From Tubiluchus corallicola (taxonomy: Eukaryota > Animalia > Priapulida): a DNA stretch of 64,000 bases. Each line of letters begins with the position of its first letter. Position 1 is the first letter of the stretch. Positions 1-9,850 of the stretch are shown one piece after another. The notes below the pieces were generated by a model. That model was given only the letters and a program-made list of their open reading frames with translations. It was not told the origin of the DNA and did no database searches. The stretch lies in the NCBI GenBank assembly GCA_030141605.1, contig JAQGDQ010000326.1, forward strand, positions 124,001 to 188,000, read 5' to 3'. The translations under genes were made by a program, and so were the position numbers.

Positions 1-172
1 AAGAGGAGGAAAAAGGAATATATCCCGAAAAAACTTTCTGTCCAGAATTATGTTACTGTGCAACACTGCTTGAAAGGCTTATGTAATTAGAAAAGAAAAT
101 TCTTGACAATTTAAAATGTTCGCATCAGCTGGTAAAACGTCATTACATCGCCATCCCAGTGTGCACCACTAT

Positions 173-247
173 CAGGTGGCGTGCAGAGGTTTAGTGATTC
201 ACGGGCCAACTCCAACGCATCCTCTGGCCTACTTTTTGCACGCTACT
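173..247. mobile_element. 75-bp hAT-like micro-MITE
   Basis: Ends CAGGTGGCGTGCA ... TGCACGCTACT form an imperfect TIR, flanked by the exact 8-bp direct repeat ACCACTAT (165-172 and 248-255). Confidence 0.65.
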
Positions 248-680
248 ACCACTATTTCAACCAAAGAACACAACACAATAAGAAATAATTCATAGGGCCT
301 ACTTTTGCTTAGTTAGTGAAGTGTGCGCTACAAATGCTCTGATTATTTTTTCAAACTTTACCCAATTATATCTAAACTTGCTTTAATTAAACGACTTACC
401 GTCAAAATGGCTGCGCCTAACAGTTATCGTGGGAGTTTAAATTTAGGAGTTTTGTACAGTGTTCCTGTTAACACATGCTATACGCAGCAAAACAGCGGTT
501 TATAAAAGTTCAAGACGAATTTCTTACGTTCTATTTATTGAGGAGTGTTTTCTTGTCCATTAAGATAGATAGTTTGTTGAGCATATAACATAAAAAGACC
601 AAAAGAAAACACATCGATCGTGTACATAAGATGGAACGGCTCAAAATGTAGCCTGTAGCCCCAGCAAGACTGGTTTTTCG

Positions 681-1196
681 CAGGGGCGTATCAAGACGTT
701 ACGACGCCTTAAGTTCAGTTCTTCCCACCACATTTATGGATATTTGGTTGTTTATATGCGAAGTGCAACAGACAATTACTTATGGTTTATTAGTTATACT
801 ATTGCCTACGTAGTCATTGTTAAATAGATATATTTCTTTTGTCAACAATTGTTATCCAAATTGAATGTATGCCTTATTTCTTGTTATGTATCCGTCTTGG
901 CACTAATAAATAAATAAAATATTTGTATAGAGCTTATATACAACCAGGGCGCACAATTGCTTGTGGTGTAACATCTTTTAAGTAATAATTGTACTTCTTG
1001 TTATGTGATATGTATATATAAAAGCGGGCTCACTAACAGCTTGTGGTATGTTATAAAAGACGCACTTTATATGAACATGAAAAGAAATGCATTTTCCGAG
1101 GAAGACAAGAATTTTTTAACCCTGGGGCCCTAAAATCTGGCGCCCTTCAAAATTTAACGCCTTAGGCTACAGCCTTGTTGATACATACCCCCCCCT
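681..1196. mobile_element. degenerate hAT-like MITE, possibly with an inserted LINE tail
   Basis: Left end CAGGGGCGTATCAAG and right end ttgatacatacccccccct; internal GGGGCCC/GGCGCCC and cgcctta motifs. No TSD verified. Confidence 0.3.
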
Positions 1197-2441
1197 AATT
1201 CTGCGAGAGAATAACTACTTAAGCGATTTTTGATGTCTGCTCAAGATCAGCATTATTGCAGGAGAAAACCACACAAGACTTCAAATGCAGACCCAAAAAT
1301 TCTCAAGTACTTCGTAGAAGTTTACCGGAAGACGAACGTCCGTTAAAACGAGTCTTTCGATAAGTAATAACGCCTGTCTTACTGATAAAATTTGCATTGA
1401 CGAAATGCGTAAAAAACTGTAAGTGCTATAATATGATTAGGTGACTGACTGTGATAGATTGTACGTGTGTAGGCTTATCAATAAATTTTGATATCTTATT
1501 TAGAATGTTTTTTTGATTAAAAATCATTAAAAACCAACAATTGTGATATGTTTTTGTTACATGTATATTTGACACGTAGATGTGGAAGAAAGTAAGCTAT
1601 GAATGATAAAATTTTACTTTTTCTTACGCACACAAATAACTATTACAGTAATTGCCAGGCAAAAAAACAGGAAAAATTTACAGGTGTTCAAACTTGTACT
1701 GCCACCAATGTTAAAAGACAAAACTTATTATTAATCTGGCATCCATTGATTTATGTTGATCGAACAAATGCATAGTGAAAAGGGGATTTCTTTCCAGTCT
1801 TTTCTGCTCTGCTATGAAATAGTTTCAGATATAATTTCTCAACAGCAACCGTGCAATTTTCATTTACATTACGATACATTTTTGCTCTAACAATCATTGT
1901 CACAGACGTAATAGCTACCGGGACATTTTAACATGTCAAAATAAGATTAAAGAACAATAGCCCAATCTGATAGCAATTTCTTAAACAGAAATTTTCGTTG
2001 AACAGTTATCACAAGGAGTAAAATAGTAAGAGTTTTGTAATGAACTTTTAAGTGTGACTGCACATAAAAATGTAACTGATAATTATTACAATGCATTAGA
2101 AAGTGTTAACATTTCGTATTACAACTAATTCTTTTAGAAAAAATGACGGGAATTCCACAGTAGCTTATAAAGCAATAGGGAAGGGAACAAAACACGAGCA
2201 ATTTATCATAAAGATTATTGGACTTACCGAAAAAACAACCTTTAAATGATAGTGATGCAAGTATTACTTTAGCACGCAACAAAGCTCGGTATTCTAACAA
2301 TCTAATTAACAAATACTTTAATACTATAAAGTTATCAAGTGTACAATATAAGGGTACTATATTAACACAATAGTGAATGCTTACATTGCTTCTTAAACAA
2401 AATAAAAATATATAATAAGTACAATGAATCTTTGGAATCAG

Positions 2442-3290
2442 TTTATTTTATAGAGATTCATGCGTTCTACACAGAATTTCTTCATTAAATTTTTACAAAC
2501 TAGGGGATTCTTATTATTCACTATAAGATATAGTACGAAGTTTAAAGAAAACACTTCTTATTCGTTGACTGTACGTGTACAAACAGATCTTTGGTCTTAG
2601 TCGATTAAATAACAATTATGTAAAAGAAAAACTAAATGTCATTGACATAAAACTTTGAAATTAGCAAACATTCTTTAAAAGACTAATAACTACAATAGTT
2701 ATTATTACATTGTATAACTAGTATAAATGACCAAACACGAACAATATTTTACACAAACTGCTAGATGGGTAACAGATGAAAAAGATTCTTTCTATAAACT
2801 TTTTCTGTGTAGCCTCTTGCATAAAACATTCCTCTTTTTCTACAAGACCAAAAGAATTAAAGAACGGGCAGCAACACAATACAATAATAACTTTTAGGCC
2901 AATGCTTTATCAAATGTCACGTTTAACAGGACCAAAATTTGCAAACTCACCGTGTCGTCATTGTCACAAGGCACAAAATTCATCCATCACATGATGTTAA
3001 CCTTCAGTTATTCACCGATTTTCAGCCAAGCGTGTAAGTAGTTTAATTACTAACGAATACATTCAACTATAACTTTAACAAGTCTATTTTACACACTAAA
3101 AACAATGTCTTTCATGCCAGCCTGCCTTTTGCTGATATGATTTTTTAAGTTGGTCTTCTCTGTTCAGCTCAGCGAACCTATCTATTCACACTTTCATGGC
3201 ATGGTACCTTGTACTGGGGATACGTGGGACATGTTGTGTGTCATCTTTCCTTCTGGGTAGCTTGGTACTATGCATGAATGTGATCGAGCA
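2442..3290 (-). other. dac: putative dac 3' UTR (minimum extent, to first AATAAA)
   Basis: Repeat-free AT-rich sequence downstream of the stop; minus-strand AATAAA at 2447-2442, with others at 791-786 and 539-534. The true 3' end cannot be determined from sequence. Confidence 0.5.
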
Positions 3291-3304
3291 TTATAATCTT
3301 GCAT
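3291..3304 (-). CDS. dac: dachshund last coding exon, short reading (DARL-stop); alternative frame runs to TGA at 3194
   Basis: Acceptor catcttcttacag|AT GCA AGA TTA TAA. A phase-1 join gives DARL*, resembling vertebrate DGRL (recalled). A phase-0 join gives 36 codons ending at TGA 3196-3194. Confidence 0.7.
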
Positions 3305-3402
3305 CTGTAAGAAGATGACTGTGACATAAATATTGCACCAAGATAATATAGAATAAAACTGCAAATGTTAAAAACTGACTGGGTTAGTGATGCAGTAGAA
3401 TT

Positions 3403-3495
3403 AGAAATATTTTACTCACGAAAGACTGTGTAGTCCTAGTAAGCAAGATAACAGGCTTGTAAGGAGAACCGCATAGTTCAAATCCATGCTTCGTT
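3403..3495 (+). mobile_element. degenerate tRNA-derived SINE head in last dac intron
   Basis: A-box-like tagtcctagtaag at about 3431 and B-box GTTCAAATCC at about 3476; no proper cloverleaf. Confidence 0.35.
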
Positions 3496-3639
3496 TTAAT
3501 GTTTTCCTTAATTTTGGCCTACGGTTTCCGTTACGAAAAGTGAATAATTTTAGGTTCTGATAGCGATTTTATGCTAGGGAATCTTTTTCAGTTTGAAAAC
3601 CAGCACAAAAGCTGCAGTAAGCACAATCATGAATCCATA

Positions 3640-4195
3640 ATTGAATTGAATTGAATTTTATTTGCGCTTTTAACAAAGTAATAGTGCATAAATAAATAGT
3701 AAAAAGTTAAAGGTTTTGGAGCAAACAGCGATGAAAAGGCACAAAAAATCTGATGCACAAAATTAGTTTTAACTTTACAACAGCGACTTAAGGAGCCCCT
3801 CAAGTTAGTACAATATTTTATTTTTTATTTTTATTTTTATTTTATTGCTGATATAATTTTTTAAGTTACAATAATCTGAAACTTTATAAAATTACGACAA
3901 TTAAGCATAAAAAAGACACAAATCAACCATACAGATAAACCATATAAATTATTAGTGACTATTGTAAAATAAATATTTATAAATTTTATGTACATGGCTA
4001 TTCAAGAAACGAATATGCATGAGATTCGTTTTATGATGGCTAACCACACAGTCAACACGTAGCTCTTGTTCAACAAGGTATTTTTCTGCAGAAATAAATT
4101 TATACTCAGAAGAGATCTGTTGATGTTCTTCTTGAATCGAGTAAAGTTTTCAGGAAGACAGAGCACTTGTACGCTACTACGCTAATATTGTGCGG
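3640..4195 (-). mobile_element. probable LINE 3' tails (two adjacent fragments)
   Basis: Plus-strand (TTGAA)3-TTTTATT and (ATTTTT)n-TTTATT correspond to minus-strand AATAAA plus a short tandem tail, typical of CR1/L2-group 3' ends. No intact ORF. Confidence 0.35.
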
Positions 4196-4213
4196 CTTTA
4201 CTTACGTAATCAC

Positions 4214-4279
4214 CAGCCAATTTTCTATCCGATTCATTTCGTGCTGATCGCTCCATATCTATTTCTTTGGAAAGAGTTT
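4214..4279 (-). CDS. dac: dachshund coding exon H (penultimate; alternative donor extends it to 4206)
   Basis: Acceptor [17 protein letters not shown] pyrimidine tract then |AA. Encodes ETLSKEIDMERSARNESDRKLA, similar to the DACH1 tail DSLTPEIEADRS..TDAERTIQ (recalled). Donors are CTG|gtgatt (after 4214) or TAC|gtaagt (after 4206). Confidence 0.88.
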
Positions 4280-4600
4280 CTGTAAAAAAAGGCGTGATCT
4301 TAGTAAATTTTAAAAAATCTTTAAAAAGTAACATTTATGTATATAACAGTCTTATCAAGCAAATGAAATTGGCTCTATACAAATAACTTTACAAGTGGTA
4401 TGAAAAAGTTGTAAAATAATGAGTACGTCAAAAAGTATTTTTCAAATCTAAGCAGGCTCAACCCATAAAAAGTATCAAAGTCTATCAACACACCGCCTCT
4501 GGGTTACGTTCCAAAATAGAGAAAATAGAGAGTGTTGACTAAGAATCGAATTTCTGGCCACCAGAGAGTGATACAGAAAATCAAAAGAGTAAAGAACTAC

Positions 4601-4744
4601 CATTGAGCAGACGCAACGCCTCTGGTGGACACGCTTGTGCAAGAGCTTCCTCAAGTTGTTGCCGACGTTTCTGTTCACCATCATGATCATCTTGGACCTT
4701 CTTGCGGGCTCTCTTCTCCTTTTTCAGTCGCTTCTGGAATATAA
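4601..4744 (-). CDS. dac: dachshund coding exon G: DACHbox-C basic coiled coil
   Basis: Acceptor ccttttgcag|TT, donor AATG|gtagtt; 144 nt, phase 1/1. Encodes IIFQKRLKKEKRARKKVQDDHDGEQKRRQQLEEALAQACPPEALRLLN; QKRLKKEK is conserved in DACH proteins. Confidence 0.96.
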
Positions 4745-4937
4745 CTGCAAAAGGTCTGTCATTAGTAATCAATTATCGGTTGCCACTTTGCTGTGCTTTC
4801 TATGCATCTTAAACCTGCCATTTCATTGATGTTTCCTTCTATTATGAGAACAAAGTCTGATATCCAAAACAGTGACCACCGATATCATAGGCAATAAATA
4901 TAGCACTGGATGAAAATGATTGATTGTAAAATCTTAC

Positions 4938-5021
4938 TTCTCATTTTCTGTTCTTCTAATAATTGTCTTTCCATGTTTTCTCGCAGCTCACGTTCACGCA
5001 GTAACTCCATCTTTAGTTCAG
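4938..5021 (-). CDS. dac: dachshund coding exon F: DACHbox-C coiled coil (not in ORF track)
   Basis: Acceptor tttgtttttag|CT, donor AGAA|gtaaga; 84 nt, phase 1/1. Encodes AELKMELLRERELRENMERQLLEEQKMR, matching the DD2 ELKM..LRERELRE motif. Confidence 0.97.
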
Positions 5022-5296
5022 CTAAAAACAAAGTTGAAAGCTATGAAGAAGTTGATATAGATCTACTACAAAAATAATTTATCTGGTTTCAAACACCAAC
5101 ACAACCTTGTAAGATCTATAAAAAATGGAGTTTCGTAAAATTTGGAATTGACCTAGAAATCGGAACTGTACTAAATTTGAGCACAAATGCTTACAAAGTC
5201 TACACAGTCATTTTATAATTTGGCTAAGTGAACAGAAATACTAGCGTCTTTTGATGCTGAATGATATTGAATAGCTGTCTGTTAAATAACACGTAT

Positions 5297-5359
5297 GTAG
5301 TAGTGGTAGTGGTAGTGGTAGTGGTAGTGGTAGTGGTAGTGATAGTGGTTGTAGTAGTG

Positions 5360-5405
<46 letters not shown>

Positions 5406-5418
5406 CAGTAGTAGTAGC

Positions 5419-5516
<98 letters not shown>

Positions 5517-5545
5517 CAGTAGTAGCAGCAGCAGCAGTAGTAGTA
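5297..5545. repeat. (GTA)n microsatellite with GTG/GCA variants
   Basis: Directly visible; explains the poly-V and poly-Y ORFs. Confidence 0.97.
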
Positions 5546-5600
5546 TCTCTTAATATAAACCAAACGAAACATCAAGAGGAATGTCTACAAATGTTCATAC

Positions 5601-5798
5601 CTTTTTCGTAGCTGACTTGACGTTCTTGATGTCTTGCGTTATCTGCAGCAACTTTGAGCAGACCTTGAATATTCATCAGCAATGTCTCTGTGGAGGATAT
5701 TGCACTTGCATCTGTCACCGGGAATGCAATACTCTGATGATGTTTGTCTTCAGCTACTGTATTTCCAGAACTGGTCACATCAGCTGCTTCGCTCAGGT
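5601..5798 (-). CDS. dac: dachshund coding exon E: start of DACHbox-C (DD2)
   Basis: Acceptor gcattttcag|AC, donor AAAG|gtatga; 198 nt, phase 1/1. Encodes ...SSTETLLMNIQGLLKVAADNARHQERQVSYEK, the diagnostic DD2 signature. Confidence 0.97.
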
Positions 5799-6059
5799 CT
5801 GAAAATGCCATTTGACGTCACCATGCAGTCAAAAGTTAAGAATGATAAAATTGTCGATTAGTGGGCAGTCAGCGCTAAACTGTTAATCTGCGATAAGCTG
5901 GTATACCAAGCAAAAAACACTAACGACGGTTTTACGAAGGAGGCGACTTAATGGACTTATAGGCTCATTACAAAAATAAAAATTCATGTTTTTGTACATT
6001 TCCAAACTGTTTATTTAGTTCTAGTTTGTAAACGTCCATAAACATATAAACGCTGCTGG

Positions 6060-6330
6060 CTATATCTGCTTGCTGGGTGTCGCTTAAACTTGTTGCTATG
6101 ACTGGCTGTAGTTAATCTTACTGCTATGACAAACGGTTGTTGTTTAGTCTTGTTGCTATAACTGACCGCCGTTTAATGTTGTCACTACAACTGGTTAGTG
6201 TTTAGTCCTGTTGCTATGACTGGTTGCCTTTTAGTCTTGTTGCTATGACTGGCAGGCGTTTAGCTTGTTGCTATGACTTGCTGTTGGTTAGAATTGTCGC
6301 TATGGCAGGGTGTAGTTTCATCTGTTACTG
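6060..6330. repeat. degenerate ~29-bp minisatellite, about 9 units
   Basis: Recurring core CTTGTTGCTATGACTGG followed by about 12 variable nt ending TTTAGT/TTAAT. Confidence 0.85.
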
Positions 6331-6494
6331 AGCACGTTTTCTAGTGGCTATTATTTTTGGCTGCAGTTTAGTGTAGTTATTTCTTTTTCTTTTGTTTCTA
6401 TTTAAATAAATCAGAAGCATGATTGATCAGAATCTGGTTTCGATGTTTATAAAAGTTTGCTGCATAAACAATCAATAATAACGATATTAATTTA

Positions 6495-6680
6495 CTTATC
6501 ACGTTATTTACGCGCTCCGACGGTAGACGGTGCGTGTGTGTCTGTCTGTGTGTCAGGCCGCTCAATACAATCAAATCGGATGAAATTATAAACACTAAAC
6601 TTAGTATAAGGGTAGGGCAGGGGAAACTTAAAAACCCGTTGTTTTTTCGTTCAGAGATCAAGACGAAGATCAATGTTACT
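6495..6680 (+). mobile_element. possible non-autonomous Helentron/DINE-1-like remnant
   Basis: ttatttacgcg...(gtct/gtgt) short microsatellite...aatcggatgaaatt...aacccgttgtttttt layout resembles HINE/DINE-1-type elements; pattern recognition only. Confidence 0.3.
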
Positions 6681-7527
6681 AATATGTTGTGACTTTGATG
6701 TTTGCTAATTGCATTGTGTCAGTCCATACACCTGTTAAAATGCCTCTTGAGGCAATTTTATGAACTAAAGTGATCAATTATTGTCTAGGCGGTGAACACG
6801 GCTCCCATGAGACTTTTTTTAATTCAGAAGTCACAATTAAGTTTCGTTTTAGCATATTTCTAATAATAGTGTTAATTACGAATTCATTGTCTTAGCACTA
6901 ACTGCGTATTACTACCTTGTGATTTCACCATATTTATACTTAATCACACAATATCTAATCTCATTTTTTAATTTAATAAAGCAAAACTCTATTGTTGGAT
7001 TTTCGATACGGAACAAAGCGGAGATCCCTAAAACTTGGTCAGGCTGTTGTTGGTGGTGGCGTACGTTGTTATCACATTTATCTTTGAAAGCTAATTATCT
7101 ATTACAAGCCACAGCTTTCATCGAAATAGATGCTAAATTTACATGGAAATGCTACATACTATTAGGTACACTGCAACATAGCTCGATTTTTTTAACTTTC
7201 AAATACCGCCCCCAAATATGCCCGTTAAATAGGCCAGACCAGTTAAATGAATTTGTCCTGTATATTATTTCATTCTTAAAATTTCTTTCCAATTTCAATA
7301 AATGGCTCTGTCCCAACAATACGTATTCAAAATTTTTACGAAAAAATGAACTCCATGACAAAGGTAAACGCTTTCCACAATTATTCTTATAGAAACTACT
7401 ATACTTTAGAAGAAATGAGCAAACTGATGGGACGTGCCGGATGTAAGCACATTAGTGCTTCCATTCTAGTTGTAACGACGATGCTTACTAAAGAGCAGTG
7501 AAGCTCGTCGTGTGTACTGCTCAGTAC

Positions 7528-7623
7528 CTGTGTCTCTTTCCTCGTCGCTGTCGACATCGCTGTCCGCTGTCGACTTCCCATTCAAAAGTGAACCTAGACC
7601 ACCTCCATTTAGACCGTGGTGTC
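7528..7623 (-). CDS. dac: dachshund coding exon D (Gly-rich, then acidic)
   Basis: Acceptor tgtttcgttttttgcag|GA, donor ACAG|gtactg (in-frame alternative donor after 7489); 96 nt, phase 1/1. Encodes GHHGLNGGGLGSLLNGKSTADSDVDSDEERDT. Confidence 0.82.
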
Positions 7624-7654
7624 CTGCAAAAAACGAAACAATGAACCAAAATGT

Positions 7655-7935
7655 CTTAACCTAACCCAATCTAGCATAACCTAGCCTAGCCTAAACTAAC
7701 CTAATAATCACAATCTTAACTTAACGGCAGAGATCATTAATGCATTGTGTCTTTAAAAACAACAAAATACCAAAACTAGCCCAGCTTCCCACTTAACCTA
7801 ACCTAGCCTAAATTAATCTGATAATTACAGCCTTAACTAAATTACTGAGGTAATTTTTAAGCCTATAAAAGTTAACAAATTTAACCTGCAATTCTAGCAT
7901 TGCCTACACGTTTATGATTAACATCTAACCTGAAC
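7655..7935. repeat. degenerate (AACCT/AGCCT)n pentamer tract with ~135-bp internal duplication
   Basis: cttaacctaacc...ctagcctaaa..aa.ct.ataat.aca..cttaac occurs at about 7655 and about 7792. Confidence 0.6.
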
Positions 7936-8435
7936 TGAGAAATGTTCAGTTAGAGCCCTACCACACTTCCACAGTATGTCACTTTTGTAGCATGAGCAGT
8001 CGTAGACCTGGGCAGACGGGAGGAAGAGTTAACCTGAAATCGCTGAACTAAGCTAGTACAGTGCACTAGATCTTTTACAACATCGAGTCTATATATTCAT
8101 GCTCGGTCTTCTAAACAGGTATTTTAAGATCATGATTGCAGGTATGCAAGTTTGGCCAATTAGAAGTTAGCCAATGTTTATGTTTGTAAATTTTAGTCTA
8201 GATTAGTAATTTTTGTGCTATTTATAAACGGGATATTATTTTGGAGGCATCTATTGGAGAGTCGATGCAAAAAGTACAAGCCGGAATCCAACATGTTCTC
8301 ACTCAAAGTAGGTAGTTGTGGAGAGACCGGAATCTGATTCATTGTATTCCTGTCTGTGAAATAAATCACTAAAAGAATACAGGTCCTTACAACTTACACC
8401 TGTAGTTATTAGACTTGGACAAGTTTATCTTTTAA

Positions 8436-8635
8436 CGGGGCATTCGGACTAGAGAGTTCTCTCTGAGAGTTTTCGCAATGAATAGAGCTTGTCTGCAAGA
8501 AATTCGCGAGAGAACTCTCAGCAACTTTCGGAGAGTTTCCAATGACTTGCCGAGAGAACTCGCAAAGCCGTTCACACCTGCGAGTTTACTCTCACAGAGA
8601 ACTCTCGGAGAAAACTCTCTAGTATGAACGCGCGG
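8436..8635. mobile_element. PIF/Harbinger-like MITE (200 bp, TAA TSD) with duplicated right end to ~8698
   Basis: Left CGGGGCATTCGGACTAGAGAGTTCTCTCTGAGAGTTTTC versus reverse complement of right CCGCGCGTTCATACTAGAGAGTTTTCTCCGAGAGTTCTC; TAA on both sides (8433-8435, 8636-8638). Confidence 0.75.
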
Positions 8636-9672
8636 TAACTCGCAAAGCAGTTCACATTTACGAGTTTGTTGTCAGAGAGAAAACTCGCTAGCCCGAACTT
8701 TGTAATCGAACTTTTAAATTCACATCTTACTCATAATTATTGTTTATCTCACTTAAGCTACATGAAGAAAAATTCGTTGTCCGGTTTTTCCATTTCTGTT
8801 TCCTCGCAGTTTATGAAAATAATGGCAGACATATATGACAGTTGAGCAATCTTTCTACCCCAAGTAAAAACAATAAGTCAAGTGAAGAGGAAAATTGCGT
8901 CCATTTCTGCCCTTCGCGTTGCAATAATTCCATCAAACGTTTATAATTTGAAATATTTTGATACAAACGGAAATTATCCGCAGTCTGCCGATTTAAAAAT
9001 TGATTAAATGGGGCTTAATTTATTGTATTATACAAATATCTCATGATTTAAGTATTAGCCGGCAAGCAATAATCTAATTTCTCAGATTACAGTCGGCAAT
9101 ATATCAAATGCTGCAAAGCAAAATGCGACTCTTTGTCTGAAGTGGCTCTACATAATCGCCTGCATTCGAAATTTGTGGGACACAATTATTTTTGATGGAA
9201 TTTTATTTGAAAATATGCAAATCGGTGAGGGAAATGAGTGATAGGTTTGAATAGATTTCCTTCAAGAGGTGCTGCTGAATAGCGATTCACATGCAAACAT
9301 TTAAGAATCAACTTCCTTTTCTAATACGCATTCGTATTTAATTATGTTAAACGGAATTTATTGATATTAGCTACACGATTAGCAATGAGGAGTTAAACGA
9401 ATTTTGAGCCTCTTAAGGTGGATTTAGCAATGTAGAAAAGGTCAGTTTTATAGTTTCCATAGTATTTTGCTAAGCTAATTTCTCAGAAAAAATAATAGTT
9501 AATCACAAGTTTGTTTTCTTACTTTTTCCTAAGTCCACAAATAACTGCACCTTCTTCATGCTTACTTGCAACTCCACTTTGGATCTGTCTTCAGTCACAA
9601 ATGAACCATAATGCACAATTACGCAGTATTTAACACTCTTAACTGCGTAAATTAATGCACATTATGACCTTC

Positions 9673-9674
<2 letters not shown>

Positions 9675-9739
<65 letters not shown>

Positions 9740-9746
9740 CAACAAC

Positions 9747-9824
<78 letters not shown>

Positions 9825-9850
9825 TATTATTATTATTATTATTATAATTA
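9675..9850. repeat. (AAT)n microsatellite with (AAC) interruption, switching to (ATT)n
   Basis: Directly visible. Confidence 0.97.

Noticed and set aside
6060-6330. CRISPR-like look: a conserved 17-nt core alternating with variable sequence
   Set aside because: The period is only about 29 nt, the 'spacers' are about 12 nt and resemble each other, the cores are degenerate, there are no cas genes, and the context is a eukaryotic intron. It is a minisatellite.
7399-7581. Track ORF MGSRQRTAMSTATRK...
   Set aside because: It is an off-frame reading of dac exon D; splice phases require the GHHGLNGG...DSDEERDT frame.
7655-7935. Interstitial (TTAGG)n telomeric repeat
   Set aside because: Too degenerate and short to call telomeric or to use for taxonomy.
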